Notes: generated by a model from the letters alone, not told the origin. Shown: positions 1-10,895, counted from the stretch's first letter. The stretch is 64,000 nucleotides of DNA from Clostridia bacterium (GCA_045656005.1 JAZOQG010000032.1:1438-65437); one strand, 5' to 3'. Translations and numbers: made by a program.

Positions 1-1250
1 TAATATGCGTAGTTTTGCTTACCTTTGTATGGATTTTGATAAGCATAGTTATGGGCGGAGAGGTTGCACTTTTCTCCTATATATTTAAAAGATGGTTTTC
101 ACATGGGAAATTAAAAGCATTATCAGTAGCGGCAGTATGGGTTTTAATGGAATACATTCAGCAGTTTGGCGACTTTGGTTTTACATGGTGCCGCATATCT
201 CTCACACAGTATATGTACACACCCGTAATACAAAGTGCATCACTATTTGGCAGTCTTTTTCTATCTTTTATAATTGTACTTATTAATGCTCTTTTAACGA
301 TATCCATTAAAAACAAAAAAATATCCTATGTGTTTTTAGGGATTATATGTTTTTCGGGAAATATCATATTAGGTGCTATGGCACCTGATTTTAAGCCTTA
401 CAAAGAAATTTCTGCGTCTTTGGTATGGGAGGATGTAAACCCTGATGACAAGAGAGCGGAAAATAGCACAAAAGGAACTTTTGAAAAGCTGATGAATGAA
501 AGCCGTAAGCAGGAAAGCGAAATCATAATATGGAGCGAAACGGCGGTGCCTGTCGTTTTATCCGAAAACAGTAAATATTCTCGTCAGTACCAAAAACTTT
601 GCCGAGAAAAGGACTTTACGCTTTTTGCAGGCGGTTTTTTGAGAGAAGGAGAGAATCTTCATTCATCAGTTTTATGCATAAACGAGAGCGGTGAGCGGAT
701 TGGGAAAATACACAAAAGGAAATTGGTGCCTTTTGGGGAATATGTTCCTTTCAGGAATTTAATTAAAATTTTTGTGCCGTCAATAGAGGAAATTAGTCCA
801 AGAGAAGAAGAAATTGTTCCTTTTGATAAAGAATGTGTAATAGATACTAAACTCGGAAAAATAGGTGGAATTATATGTTATGATTCCTGCTTTCCGCACA
901 TTTCAAGAGAGTGCGCAAGGGAAGGGGCAGAGATTATTACTCTTTCCACAAATGATGCCTGGTTTTATGGTTCTCATGCGGCAAAAAACCATCTTTCACA
1001 AAGCATTTTCAGAGCGGTTGAAAACGGAAGGTATATTCTTCGCTGTGCAAACCTTGGTGAAAGCGCAATAATTGATAATAAAGGAAGAATAGTTAAAAGG
1101 GAAGATGACGGACAATTATCATTAAGCGGAAGCGGGGGACTTATAAAGGAAAAAACACTATACACTAAAATTGGTGACAGTTTTATAATATTATTAATTA
1201 TTTTAATAATATTTGCAAAAAAAGGCTATGACAAAAAGGTTTTGTCATAG
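1..1250 (+). CDS. lnt: Apolipoprotein N-acyltransferase (Lnt), 5'-truncated at window edge
   Basis: N-terminal multi-TM region plus a carbon-nitrogen hydrolase domain (WSETAVP, ICYDSCFPH, NDAWF motifs). The reading frame is open to position 1, and the listed start at 15 is a TTG. Confidence 0.75.
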   Translation, partial: ICVVLLTFVWILISIVMGGEVALFSYIFKRWFSHGKLKALSVAAVWVLMEYIQQFGDFGFTWCRISLTQYMYTPVIQSASLFGSLFLSFIIVLINALLTISIKNKKISYVFLGIICFSGNIILGAMAPDFKPYKEISASLVWEDVNPDDKRAENSTKGTFEKLMNESRKQESEIIIWSETAVPVVLSENSKYSRQYQKLCREKDFTLFAGGFLREGENLHSSVLCINESGERIGKIHKRKLVPFGEYVPFRNLIKIFVPSIEEISPREEEIVPFDKECVIDTKLGKIGGIICYDSCFPHISRECAREGAEIITLSTNDAWFYGSHAAKNHLSQSIFRAVENGRYILRCANLGESAIIDNKGRIVKREDDGQLSLSGSGGLIKEKTLYTKIGDSFIILLIILIIFAKKGYDKKVLS

Positions 1251-1252
1251 CC
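1224..1252 (+). terminator. Hairpin overlapping the lnt stop codon (ggctatgacaaaa/ttttgtcatagcc)
   Basis: 13-bp perfect stem with a 3-nt loop covering the TAG at 1248-1250, followed by an AT-rich stretch. Confidence 0.4.
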
Positions 1253-1269
1253 CTATTAGTTTAATATAT

Positions 1270-1372
1270 CCCCGCTTCTGCCGATAGACGGCTATAATTT
1301 TAACCTGACGTATCAGGTGGGTAACCATCAAGACAAGTTTTTGGGTTTCCCTCAGACCGACAATGCGGGGGG
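1270..1372. other. Structured ~100-nt element closed by a CCCCGC...GCGGGG stem, between convergent genes; possible small RNA or compound terminator
   Basis: The closing stem is ccccgc (1270-1275) pairing with gcggggg (1366-1372). Internal hairpins are gccg-ataga-cggc and cctga-cgtat-cagg. The element lies in a 217-nt gap between lnt and the DUF1292 gene. Confidence 0.2.
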
Positions 1373-1467
1373 CATACACACGATTTGTCTGCTGTTTGGT
1401 TTCCCTTACATTTTAGTATCGGCTAAAATTTTGTCACCGTCGCCCGAACAAAGCAGGGGAAAAACAC

Positions 1468-1752
1468 CTATTCTTCAAATTCAAATTCTTCGTCCATGTG
1501 CTCTTTGAAAATTTCAAATACTGCCTGCAAAGTAGCGTCATCCTCTACGGGTTCTAAAATATCCTCTTCTTCATTTGCGTGAACGATTCTCATAATCAAA
1601 ACTGTGCTTTCTTCGTCACTTTCGTCTGCATCAGCATCAAGACCTGCCGCGTATTCCGCACCCTTATATTCGATTATATCCAGAATTTCAAAATGAAGTT
1701 CCTTTCCTTCGTCATCGATAAGTACAACTATATTTTCTCTTTCTTCGCTCAT
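1468..1752 (-). CDS. DUF1292 family small acidic protein (YrzB-like)
   Basis: 94 aa, acidic, with the VVLIDDEGKELHFEILD signature. It sits directly downstream of ruvX, as in many Firmicutes. Confidence 0.8.
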   Translation of the reverse strand: MSEERENIVVLIDDEGKELHFEILDIIEYKGAEYAAGLDADADESDEESTVLIMRIVHANEEEDILEPVEDDATLQAVFEIFKEHMDEEFEFEE

Positions 1753-1777
1753 TTTAATTCAACCTTTCAAAAAAATT

Positions 1778-2185
1778 TTAAATACTGTCAAGATAACCTT
1801 GCAAAATAAATACTGCTGCAATTTTATCTAAGATACCTTTTCTTTTCTTTCCGCTTACATTGCTTTCAGCAAGAGTTTTGTGTGCTGCAGCGGTTGTAAG
1901 GCGTTCGTCCCAGAAAATTATGGGAACTGATACATGCTTTTTAAGTTCCTCTACAAAAAGCATTGTTTTTTCACCGCGCTCTCCAATGGTGCCATTCATA
2001 TTCTTAGGCATACCGATAACAATTTTTTCGGCAGAGTATTCCTTACAATAATCGCAAACCGCCTCAATCTGCCGTTGGAAATTCTTTTCAGCAATAAGCC
2101 CTGCACTTTGGGCGGTAAATCCCAAAAGGTCGCTCACTGCAACACCTATTCTGCTGTCACCGTAATCAAGTCCCAAAATTCTCAC
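1778..2185 (-). CDS. ruvX: Holliday junction resolvase-like nuclease RuvX/YqgF
   Basis: MRILGLDYGDSRIGVAVSD N-terminus, typical of the YqgF/RuvX family, 135 aa. Confidence 0.9.
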   Translation of the reverse strand: MRILGLDYGDSRIGVAVSDLLGFTAQSAGLIAEKNFQRQIEAVCDYCKEYSAEKIVIGMPKNMNGTIGERGEKTMLFVEELKKHVSVPIIFWDERLTTAAAHKTLAESNVSGKKRKGILDKIAAVFILQGYLDSI

Positions 2186-2252
2186 GAAAAAACTCCTAAA
2201 TTTTTATCATACGTATATTATACATTAAAAAGACAAACTTATCAAGAGGAAT

Positions 2253-4934
2253 TTAGTTTTTTTCTTCTGTTCCTGATTTAATATCATGTATTATTTCTCC
2301 AAGCTCGTCGAGTGCCTGACCGAAAGATTCAAAATTTCCATCTTTAGAAAAGGTTTCGATTTCACCATATTTTAAAACTGCATCATTTATAAGTTCTTCA
2401 ATGCTTTTTTCGGCAGTTTCCCCTTGTGATACCGTTGGGCTTTTTGCACCAAACAAAACTTCGAGCGAGGCTTTTAAAGTCGGCTCCATTGCCACTTTGT
2501 CGCCGAATGCTGCAACAATTCTCTTAATTTCGGGAAGTGCCGCAGAGTTTTTGGCGGTTATATAAACCGGTTCAACGTACAGAAGAGAATTTTTAACTGG
2601 GATTACAAGTAAATTTCCTTTTATCACCTTTGAACCGCCCTGATTCCAAAGGGAAATCTCCTTTGAAATATTGGGGTCATTATCAATTTTATTTTCAATG
2701 TGAAGAGTTCCATAAATGGTTTTTCCCTTTGGAAATGTGTAAGCAGTAAGATTTCCATACGTTTCAAAATTACTGCTTGCCGCAAGCCATGCCACAAGGT
2801 TTTCTTTTCCCTGGGGAGTGTATGGCTGCATGAGCACCAAATCATCACCTTTTCCTAAATCCATTAAGTTATAGTAAGGCACAACGTCACATGTTTCTTC
2901 CTGCGCATATTTCTCTTTGGCTGATGTCCACACATCGGAGCCGCTATAAAGTGCTTCCGGCTCTGAAACGTGATAGGTTTTAAAAACTTCCGACTGGAGA
3001 TTAAACATATATTCAGGATAACGGCACTGCGCATAAACGCTTTGAGGCATCGGGTCAAAGCTGAAAAGGGAAGGGTACATTCTGCTATACACACGGATTA
3101 TGGGGTCTTCCATATCTGTTATATAAAAAGTAACAGTTCCGTCATAAGCATCAACCACCGCTTTTCCGCTGTTTCTTATATAGTTTATGCCACTAAATGT
3201 CTGCGAATATGGATAAAGATTTGTAGTGGTGTATATATCTATAACCCAGTTTAATGTGCCGTCTTCGTTTATAACTATATAAGGGTCATTGTCAAAGTTT
3301 AAAAATGGTGCCGCTTTTTTTACTCTGTCCAAAACGTTGCGGTTTATAAGAAGTTTACTGCCGTTTGTAATGTAGCTTGACATAAGAAGCATCGGGTCAA
3401 GTTTTTTTGCAGAGAAAATAATTCTGTTTAAAAAGTTTAAAGGTATACCTGCTTTCCCCGTATAAGAATATTCAATCGTTTTGTCACCCTCAATATAATC
3501 AAGCTCATTATATTTTGTGCCGACAAGGACATAGTCATTCGTTTTTTCACCGAAATAAATACGAGGTTGTGTAATTTGGGGTGCCCCGCTTTCAGAAAAC
3601 GGTGGAATATCCTTTATAATATAATTTGGCTGACCTTCCTCTGTTGCAGAGTTTGTGGGGTTCGCGGCAATTCCATAGCCGTGAGTGTAGCGGAGTTTTT
3701 TATTAATATAACTTTTTGATGACTGAGAAAGTCTGTCCTCGTCAAATTCTCTTACAGAAATCATAAGCGGAGTTTTTTTGCCGTTTATGTTAAGTGGGAT
3801 TATATCAGTATCTGTAAAAGTGTAAAAACTTCGAAGGCTTTGCAAAGAGTTTGTTGCAACTAAAGTCTGGTTTATATCGGTTATTCGTATGTTATCAATT
3901 GTTTTTGCATTTTCTGAAAGGTCTGAAAGCGTTAAATTATCGTTTGCATCAAATTCACGCAGAGTAACATTTTCGAGATTAAAAGCCTTTTTTGTGGCAT
4001 TTAAATTGTGGTTTATATAGTAGCTCTGCATGGATACTTCATATGGCTTTACAAGCCAAAGCTGTGTAACTGTTGCAACTAAAAATGCAGCAATCCAGAA
4101 TGCAGGAACTATGGAAAGAGTAATTGCAGTACCTTTCATTTTCCCTTGTTTTAAAAGAATAAAACTTATTGCAATAACTAAAATAAGTACAAATGGTGCA
4201 ATGCGGTAGTAGTTTTGCCACACCATAACCTCTGTAAAGCCTGCCCCCGATAAATTGCCAAATTCTCCAAAAAGAATACTTTCGGCAGTAAATTTAAAGG
4301 ATGCGGCAAGGCTTATAAAATATATTGTAATATTCGTAAGCAAATGGTTTAATATGTTTTTTTCTTTAAAAAGCTCCTTGTACATTAAAAAGTCGGTTTT
4401 TAAGTAGCTTATGGAATAGATAATAAATGAATAGATTATCTGAAATAGGAGTACAATCTGTATCGCCTCGCATGTTTCCGAAAGGAACGGGCGCTGAAAA
4501 ACATAGTATCCTATATCCTGACCGATAATGGGGTCTACCGTACCGAAGGGTAGGGAACTATAGTATTGCAAATAAAGAGGATAAATTTTAAATGTCACCA
4601 AAACAGCAAGCAGGAGGGAAAAGATTCCCGCAATCACAAAGGGTGATTTTGTGCTGTGCATAATGCTCGGTGTGCCCCAAACCCTTATAAGATTTTTTCT
4701 TATAATAAAAAGGTTTATTGCGAATACAAAAAATAAAATTGCAAAGGAAATAACACCGGTCGTTAAAGCGGTGGAAAAATTTTTAAGATATATGTCGAGG
4801 TATCCAATTTCTCTTATTTCCAAAATCTCAGCAAAAAAAGTAGTGCCGAGCATAAATAGAAATGTTAAAACTATGAGCCATATTGCAGTATGAAAAATTA
4901 CCTTTGCACCTTTACTTTTAAAAATTATAATCAA
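2253..4934 (-). CDS. UPF0182 family large membrane protein
   Basis: 893 aa with about 7 N-terminal TM helices and a large extracytoplasmic domain. Size and architecture match UPF0182 proteins of Clostridia. Confidence 0.7.
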   Translation of the reverse strand: MIIIFKSKGAKVIFHTAIWLIVLTFLFMLGTTFFAEILEIREIGYLDIYLKNFSTALTTGVISFAILFFVFAINLFIIRKNLIRVWGTPSIMHSTKSPFVIAGIFSLLLAVLVTFKIYPLYLQYYSSLPFGTVDPIIGQDIGYYVFQRPFLSETCEAIQIVLLFQIIYSFIIYSISYLKTDFLMYKELFKEKNILNHLLTNITIYFISLAASFKFTAESILFGEFGNLSGAGFTEVMVWQNYYRIAPFVLILVIAISFILLKQGKMKGTAITLSIVPAFWIAAFLVATVTQLWLVKPYEVSMQSYYINHNLNATKKAFNLENVTLREFDANDNLTLSDLSENAKTIDNIRITDINQTLVATNSLQSLRSFYTFTDTDIIPLNINGKKTPLMISVREFDEDRLSQSSKSYINKKLRYTHGYGIAANPTNSATEEGQPNYIIKDIPPFSESGAPQITQPRIYFGEKTNDYVLVGTKYNELDYIEGDKTIEYSYTGKAGIPLNFLNRIIFSAKKLDPMLLMSSYITNGSKLLINRNVLDRVKKAAPFLNFDNDPYIVINEDGTLNWVIDIYTTTNLYPYSQTFSGINYIRNSGKAVVDAYDGTVTFYITDMEDPIIRVYSRMYPSLFSFDPMPQSVYAQCRYPEYMFNLQSEVFKTYHVSEPEALYSGSDVWTSAKEKYAQEETCDVVPYYNLMDLGKGDDLVLMQPYTPQGKENLVAWLAASSNFETYGNLTAYTFPKGKTIYGTLHIENKIDNDPNISKEISLWNQGGSKVIKGNLLVIPVKNSLLYVEPVYITAKNSAALPEIKRIVAAFGDKVAMEPTLKASLEVLFGAKSPTVSQGETAEKSIEELINDAVLKYGEIETFSKDGNFESFGQALDELGEIIHDIKSGTEEKN

Positions 4935-4937
4935 CTC

Positions 4938-5858
4938 CTATTCAAAAATAGCCTTTGCAAAATCAGAAGGTGAGAATGGCTGAAGGTCATAGGCTTCTTC
5001 ACCTACACCAATGAATTTCACGGGTACATCAAGTGATGTAACTATGGAAATTACAATTCCGCCCTTTGCAGTTCCGTCAAGTTTTGTAAGAATAATGCCT
5101 GTAATATCAGCAGTTTCTGAAAACATTTTTGCCTGAGCGACGGCATTTTGTCCTGTTGAAGAATCGAGCACAAGAAGGCTTTCCTTCGAGCTTTCTGGAA
5201 GCTCTCTTTCAATAACTCTGTACATTTTTGAAAGCTCATCCATAAGATTTTTCTTGTTATGAAGTCTTCCTGCGGTGTCACATATCAAAACATCTGCCAT
5301 TCGTTTTTTGGCGGCTGTGCATGCGTCAAAAATAACGGATGAAGGGTCTGCGCCTTCTGCACCCTTTATAATATCAACTCCTGCACGCTCTGCCCATATG
5401 TCAAGCTGATTTATTGCGGCTGCGCGGAAAGTGTCTGCGGCACAAAGCATTACCTTTAAACCATCTGCCTTAAGTTTTGCCGCAAGTTTGCCGATAGATG
5501 TTGTTTTTCCCACACCGTTTACACCTATAACAAAAATTACTGCAGGCTTACCTGATAAATCAAGCGAAGGTGTGCTTACAGAAAGTTTTTCTGCAATTAT
5601 GTTATAAAGTGCCTCCCTTACACCTTCACCATCTGTAATTCTGTTACTTTTTACATAGTCGCGAAGCTCGTCTGTAATGTCCATTGAAAGCTGTGCGCCC
5701 AAATCTGCTTCTATAAGAGCTTCTAAAAGCTCCTCAAATAAATCCTCGTCAACTCTTACAAAAGCCTTGAAAACCGAATCAACACTTTCGCTTATGGCCT
5801 CACGTGTTTTGCTAAGACCCTGACGAAGTCTTTGAAATAAACCCTTTTTTTCTTCCAT
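4938..5858 (-). CDS. ftsY: Signal recognition particle receptor FtsY
   Basis: SRP54-type GTPase motifs GVNGVGKTTSIGKLA, DTAGR, TKLDG; 306 aa. Confidence 0.9.
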   Translation of the reverse strand: MEEKKGLFQRLRQGLSKTREAISESVDSVFKAFVRVDEDLFEELLEALIEADLGAQLSMDITDELRDYVKSNRITDGEGVREALYNIIAEKLSVSTPSLDLSGKPAVIFVIGVNGVGKTTSIGKLAAKLKADGLKVMLCAADTFRAAAINQLDIWAERAGVDIIKGAEGADPSSVIFDACTAAKKRMADVLICDTAGRLHNKKNLMDELSKMYRVIERELPESSKESLLVLDSSTGQNAVAQAKMFSETADITGIILTKLDGTAKGGIVISIVTSLDVPVKFIGVGEEAYDLQPFSPSDFAKAIFE

Positions 5859-5872
5859 TATGATATTCCTTT

Positions 5873-8800
5873 CTATTGTTCCACCTCAACCTCATCGGGG
5901 CGCATTGCAAGAAGTTTTGAAATACCCTTTTCCTGCATTGTTACACCGTAGAGTATGTCTGCCGCTTCCATAGTGCCTCGGCGGTGGGTTACAACTATAA
6001 ACTGTGTTGTGTTTGAGAAATTCTTAATATAATTACAAAAACGCTGAATGTTATTGTCATCAAGTGCCGCCTCAATCTCATCGAGAATGCAAAAGGGAGT
6101 GGGACGGACTTTTAAAATTGCAAAAAGTATTGCAATAGCACAAAGAGCCATTTCACCACCTGATAAAAGGCTTAATCTCTGAAGTTTTTTACCCGGTGGG
6201 CGAACACTTATCTCAATTCCTGTTTCTGCGATATTTGAAGGGTCTGTAAGGCTCAGCGCCGCAGTACCGCCGCCAAAAAGTGCACGGAAAATATTTGCAA
6301 AATGCTGATTTATGTTTTCAAATTCCGTGATAAAACGGCTGTTCATGTTTTTAACAGTATCACTGATAAGAGTTGTAAGCTCTTTTTTTGATAAGGTAAG
6401 GTCATCAATCTGTTTTGACAAAAATTCGTATCTTTCCGAAACTTCTTTGTATTCCTCTACTGCATCAATATTAACATTTCCGAGTGCACGGATTTTTGCC
6501 TTGAGAGATGATGCTACTCTTTGAGCTTCGTCAAAGTTTTCAATTTTTGTGTACCTTTTTTGTGCCTCTGAAAAACTTATATTATATTCGCTCCAGAGCT
6601 TTCCAACTGCATCATCAAGTGCATTTTCTGCATGATTTATACTATCCTCAAGCCTTGCAGTTGTAATTTTTAAGTTGTTAAGTTTGTCATTTTGAACTTT
6701 AATCTGTTCTTTTAAGGCAGAAATCCTTTTGTCGCTTTCAGATTTTGAGGAAACAATTTCGTCTATTTCTTTTTGCAGATTTAAAGCCGCAGTTTCCGTC
6801 TCGCCATAGTTTTCCTCTTTGGCTTTGATTGCAAGCTCACATTCTGAAATTCTGCGTTTCATGTCTTCTATATTTATATTGAGAAGTTTTATTCGCTCTT
6901 CGCCTTTCTCGTGCTCGTTTAAAATATTTTCATTTTTTATGTTGCAAAGCTCTATGGCGGAGTTTTGAGCGGTTATCTTAACTCTTATATCTGTAATTTT
7001 GCCCCCAAGATTTTCTCTTTTCTTAATATTGTCACCGATTTGTCTGCGGATAATTTCTGCATTTTTTCTTATTAAGTCAAGATTTTCGCTTTCAAGAGAA
7101 ATGGAAGACAAAAGATTCTTCCTTTGCTCGGAGCTGTTTTTGCCTGCCTCTTTTATAAGCTCTAGTTCCGTGGAAAGTTTTGAAAGCTCGCTTTCTTCAC
7201 GGCGCAAAATATGAGTTTGCAGTTCTCTCTGGCTGATAAGTTTTAAAATTTCTTCACCTGTTTTGCGCAAGGTTTCACTCAAAGCGTCAAGCTCTTTTAA
7301 AGATGCGCGCACATCTTCCATAAAATCATCAATATTGTCATCAGTTTTGTCCATTTGCTTTTCTATGTCACGGCACAAAACGGAAAGGCTTGAAATTTCG
7401 CTTTCTCTTCCCAAAAGACCTGAATTTTTCGGCGCGCTCCCGCCTGAAATTGAGCCTCCCGGGTGAAGCACTTCACCGCCCAAGGTTACAATTTTAATCT
7501 TGTAACCAAATTTCCTTGCGGCTTTTAGAGCACTTTCAACCGTATCGAATAAAGCTGTCTGACCGAGAAGACTCTCGGTGATTTCCCTGTATCTTTCATC
7601 ACACTCTATTTTGTCACAAACAAGTCCTAAATACCCATCTGTGCCTTCAATTTCTTTTTCGAAATTCCCTCTTTTTCCTTTCACGGAGGAAAGGGGCAAG
7701 AATGTAACTCTTCCGTGGTTTCCTGACTTTAAGAAATTAATTGCCGCTTTGGCATCTTCGTCACTCGAAATTACAATATTCTGAACTGCGTTTCCGAGTG
7801 CAACTTCAACGGCAGTAAAATATTTTTCTTCAGTTTTAATCAGCTTTGAATAGATGCCGTGGACATTAAAGCGAGAGGAAATGTCGCCCTTTAAAAGCAT
7901 TTTAACACCATGTGCAAATCCGTCAAGATTTTTTTCCATGTCCGTTAAAATGTTAAGACGTGACATTTTTTTGTTATATTCATCGCTTAAACTGTTGTAA
8001 TCCTCTTTTAAATCAGAAATCTTTTCCTTTTTCTGGTCTATGGCATTTTGCATATCTTTTGATTTTTGCAAAATACTCTCCTGATATTCTTTTTTCTCTT
8101 TAATTTCTTTTTCTGTTTCGGAAAGTTTTAAAAGTGCCTCATGCTTGCTTTTTTCAGCATTATTTACTGCATCTGTTACAGACTGGAGACGCTCGTCATA
8201 GTTTTGCTCAAGTGCATCAAGAGTTGAAATTTTTCCTTCAAGAAGGTCAATTTCACGTTGCTTGTTATTCTCCTCCGTCATTTTAAGCTGAAGGGATGAA
8301 TTGATTTCGTCAATTTCTGTCGAAATTGATGAAATCTTATCATTTATTTTATCAATTTCAGCCATAAGTTCATTTTTGGCCGTGATATATTTCTCGATTT
8401 CTTCTGATATAGCATCTTTTTTAGCTTTTTCACCCGAAAACTGATTTAAAATTAGGCCAATTTCATTTTCTGTTTCATTTATTCTTGAATTAAAATCAGA
8501 AATGTTGTTTTTCAAAAGTGAAATTTCACCCGTAAGCTCCGTTTGGGAAATGCGGGTTCTATGTAATGCTTCACGCAGATTTGAAAGGGAAAGTTCAATT
8601 TCCTGAGTATCTGAATAAAACTGCTCTTCTTTTTTCTGAAGCTCTTCAAAGAGCGAGTTATCCTCTTGAAGATTTTTTATATGTTCCGAAAGGCGTGTGC
8701 GTTTATCGTCAAGACTTTTTGTAAGCGATGTGATTTTTTCGACATATAAATTAATATCAAGTTCTGAAAGCTCATCACGAAGTTTTAAATATTCCTCGGC

Positions 8801-9433
8801 TTTTTCAGATTGCCTTTTTAAAGGGGAGAGCCTTGATTTAAGTTCCTCTGTAATATCCAAAACTCTTTCAAGATTATCCTCTGTTGCCAGAAGTTTTCTC
8901 TCTGCCTCAATTTTTTTGTATTTAAATTTTGATATACCTGCAGCTTCTTCGAAAATCTTACGTCTGTCCTCGGGCTTTCCTGATATAATGGCATCAATTT
9001 TGCCCTGACCTATGATTGAATACCCGTCTTTTCCAAGACCTGTGTCCATGAAAAGCTCATTTATATCACGAAGTCGACAGATGGCACGGTTTATAAAATA
9101 TTCACTTTCACCGCTTCTGTAAACTCTTCTCGTAATTGTGATTTCGCTGTAATCAATGGGGAATACCTTTTCGGAATTATCAAGCGTTAAAGAAACCTCG
9201 GCAAAGCCCGTAGGTTTTCTTTTCTCGGTTCCTGCAAAGATAACATCTTCCATTTTACTGCCACGCAAAGTTTTAACACTCTGCTCACCAAGTACCCATC
9301 TTATTGCATCGGAAATATTACTCTTTCCGCTGCCGTTAGGTCCCACAATGGCGGTGATGCCGCTTCCGAAATCAAGCGATATTTTATCTACAAAAGATTT
9401 AAAGCCCTGCATTTCAAGCTTTTTTAAATACAC
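5873..9433 (-). CDS. smc: Chromosome segregation protein SMC
   Basis: Walker A GPNGSGKSN, long coiled coils, hinge, and C-terminal signature LSGGEMALCAIAILFAI with Walker B LDEIEAALD. The likely start is a GTG (VYLKKLEMQGFKSF) behind a GAGGTG RBS, downstream of the listed 9484 start. Confidence 0.9.
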   Translation of the reverse strand: MYLKKLEMQGFKSFVDKISLDFGSGITAIVGPNGSGKSNISDAIRWVLGEQSVKTLRGSKMEDVIFAGTEKRKPTGFAEVSLTLDNSEKVFPIDYSEITITRRVYRSGESEYFINRAICRLRDINELFMDTGLGKDGYSIIGQGKIDAIISGKPEDRRKIFEEAAGISKFKYKKIEAERKLLATEDNLERVLDITEELKSRLSPLKRQSEKAEEYLKLRDELSELDINLYVEKITSLTKSLDDKRTRLSEHIKNLQEDNSLFEELQKKEEQFYSDTQEIELSLSNLREALHRTRISQTELTGEISLLKNNISDFNSRINETENEIGLILNQFSGEKAKKDAISEEIEKYITAKNELMAEIDKINDKISSISTEIDEINSSLQLKMTEENNKQREIDLLEGKISTLDALEQNYDERLQSVTDAVNNAEKSKHEALLKLSETEKEIKEKKEYQESILQKSKDMQNAIDQKKEKISDLKEDYNSLSDEYNKKMSRLNILTDMEKNLDGFAHGVKMLLKGDISSRFNVHGIYSKLIKTEEKYFTAVEVALGNAVQNIVISSDEDAKAAINFLKSGNHGRVTFLPLSSVKGKRGNFEKEIEGTDGYLGLVCDKIECDERYREITESLLGQTALFDTVESALKAARKFGYKIKIVTLGGEVLHPGGSISGGSAPKNSGLLGRESEISSLSVLCRDIEKQMDKTDDNIDDFMEDVRASLKELDALSETLRKTGEEILKLISQRELQTHILRREESELSKLSTELELIKEAGKNSSEQRKNLLSSISLESENLDLIRKNAEIIRRQIGDNIKKRENLGGKITDIRVKITAQNSAIELCNIKNENILNEHEKGEERIKLLNINIEDMKRRISECELAIKAKEENYGETETAALNLQKEIDEIVSSKSESDKRISALKEQIKVQNDKLNNLKITTARLEDSINHAENALDDAVGKLWSEYNISFSEAQKRYTKIENFDEAQRVASSLKAKIRALGNVNIDAVEEYKEVSERYEFLSKQIDDLTLSKKELTTLISDTVKNMNSRFITEFENINQHFANIFRALFGGGTAALSLTDPSNIAETGIEISVRPPGKKLQRLSLLSGGEMALCAIAILFAILKVRPTPFCILDEIEAALDDNNIQRFCNYIKNFSNTTQFIVVTHRRGTMEAADILYGVTMQEKGISKLLAMRPDEVEVEQ

Positions 9434-9589
9434 ACACAACACCTCAATATACATTATAACAGAATTTATGAATTTAAGCAACAAAAAATATATATTAATA
9501 TGTACTTTTTGTTAAGAAGAATTTTTTTACAAAATTTACTTGCAAATTTTATGAAATTAAGTTATAATGTAGTGGTATATTGTGAGGTG

Positions 9590-10618
9590 ATGAATTTGGT
9601 AATTGCTGTTGATGCAATGGGCGGAGATAATGCACCGAGAGAAATTGTGCTCGGAGCGGTTAAGGCGTCGGAGATTATCGAGGGCAAAATATTGCTCGTT
9701 GGAAAAGAAGAAGTTATTTCCGAAATTCTTACAAATGAAAAATACGATAAAAGTAAAATCGAAATCATAAATGCCACAGAGGTTATTGAAAATGACGAAA
9801 AACCAACTGCGGCGATACGTACCAAAAAAGATTCATCAATGGTGCGAGCATTTAATCTTTTGGCAAACGGAGATGCAGATGCTTTGGTGTCTGCAGGAAG
9901 TACGGGAGCACTTTTAACGGGTGCTGTTCACTTTTTAAAGAGAATTAAAGGCATTTCAAGACCTGCCCTGGTGCCGACACTTCCTTCTGCAAATGATAAT
10001 TTTATTATCGCTGACAGCGGTGCAAACGCAGTTTGCAAACCACAAAATCTTTTGCAGTTTGCTTTAATGGGTGCTTCTTATGCCAAAAATGTTTTGGGAA
10101 AAGAAAATCCGAGAGTGGGACTACTTAATATCGGTGCCGAAAGCGGAAAAGGAACTGACCTTGTAAAAGAAGCATACGATTTATTAAAAGACAGCGGTCT
10201 TAACTTCGTCGGCAATGTTGAGGCGAGAGACCCTGTAATGGGCGAGTGCGATGTTGTTGTGTGTGACGGATTTTCTGGAAATGTACTCCTCAAAGCTACT
10301 GAGGGCACGGGACTTGTGCTTTTTAAAAATGTTAAAGAAGTCTTTATGGGCAGTATAGTGACAAAAATTGCGGCACTTATGCTCAAAAAAGGGCTTTATA
10401 AACTTAAAAAGAAAATGGATTACAAAGAATATGGCGGTGCACCGTTTCTCGGAGTTACAAAGTGCGTTATAAAGGCTCACGGAACAAGTGATGCCAAAAC
10501 TATAATGCACACAATAAAGCAAGCGGAAAATTTTGCAAAAAGCAATTTTTTAAGCGAACTTTGCGAAACTATGGAGAAATATAGCGCCGAAGAAGGAGGT
10601 GCAGAAGGTGGTATTTGA
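9590..10618 (+). CDS. plsX: Phosphate acyltransferase PlsX
   Basis: The [17 protein letters not shown]-terminus is canonical for PlsX. A GAGGTG RBS lies immediately upstream of the ATG at 9590, and the listed 9500 start is an upstream extension. Confidence 0.9.
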   Translation: MNLVIAVDAMGGDNAPREIVLGAVKASEIIEGKILLVGKEEVISEILTNEKYDKSKIEIINATEVIENDEKPTAAIRTKKDSSMVRAFNLLANGDADALVSAGSTGALLTGAVHFLKRIKGISRPALVPTLPSANDNFIIADSGANAVCKPQNLLQFALMGASYAKNVLGKENPRVGLLNIGAESGKGTDLVKEAYDLLKDSGLNFVGNVEARDPVMGECDVVVCDGFSGNVLLKATEGTGLVLFKNVKEVFMGSIVTKIAALMLKKGLYKLKKKMDYKEYGGAPFLGVTKCVIKAHGTSDAKTIMHTIKQAENFAKSNFLSELCETMEKYSAEEGGAEGGI

Positions 10619-10838
10619 TAAAGTTAAAAATATTATTGTAGATCAACTTGGTGTTGATGAAAGTAAGGTTACTATGGAAGCTTCTTTTGTTGATACACTC
10701 GGTGCAGATTCACTTGATATTGTTGAGCTTGTTATGGCTTTTGAAGAAGAGTTTGATATTGAAATACCCGATGATGCGGCTGAAAAAATTTCAACAGTTG
10801 CTGATGTGGTAAACTATATCGGAAAGCTTGCAAAATAG
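10608..10838 (+). CDS. acpP: Acyl carrier protein
   Basis: [26 protein letters not shown] phosphopantetheine-attachment motif. The start is a GTG at 10608 (or 10599) with an AAGGAGG RBS at 10593-10599. Confidence 0.85.
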   Translation: MVFDKVKNIIVDQLGVDESKVTMEASFVDTLGADSLDIVELVMAFEEEFDIEIPDDAAEKISTVADVVNYIGKLAK

Positions 10839-10895
10839 TAGTTTATTAAAGGGCTATAGCAAAATGCTATAGCCTCTTTTTCGCGAGGTAATATT

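Noticed and set aside
1251-1467. SRP (4.5S/scRNA) or tRNA gene in the lnt/DUF1292 gap
   Set aside because: No conserved SRP domain-IV motif. The GCCCCCC...GCGGGG span is about 104 nt with no D, anticodon or T-arm arrangement, so a tRNA does not fit.
6312-9008. Several Ser-rich plus-strand ORFs (60-103 aa) inside the smc region
   Set aside because: They are antisense reading frames of the Glu/Lys-rich coiled-coil coding sequence of smc, with biased composition, no RBS and no homology.
9500-9589. Listed 9500 start of the PlsX ORF (MYFLLRR...)
   Set aside because: The canonical PlsX N-terminus [16 protein letters not shown] begins at the ATG at 9590, directly after a GAGGTG RBS, and the upstream extension lies in the AT-rich promoter region.
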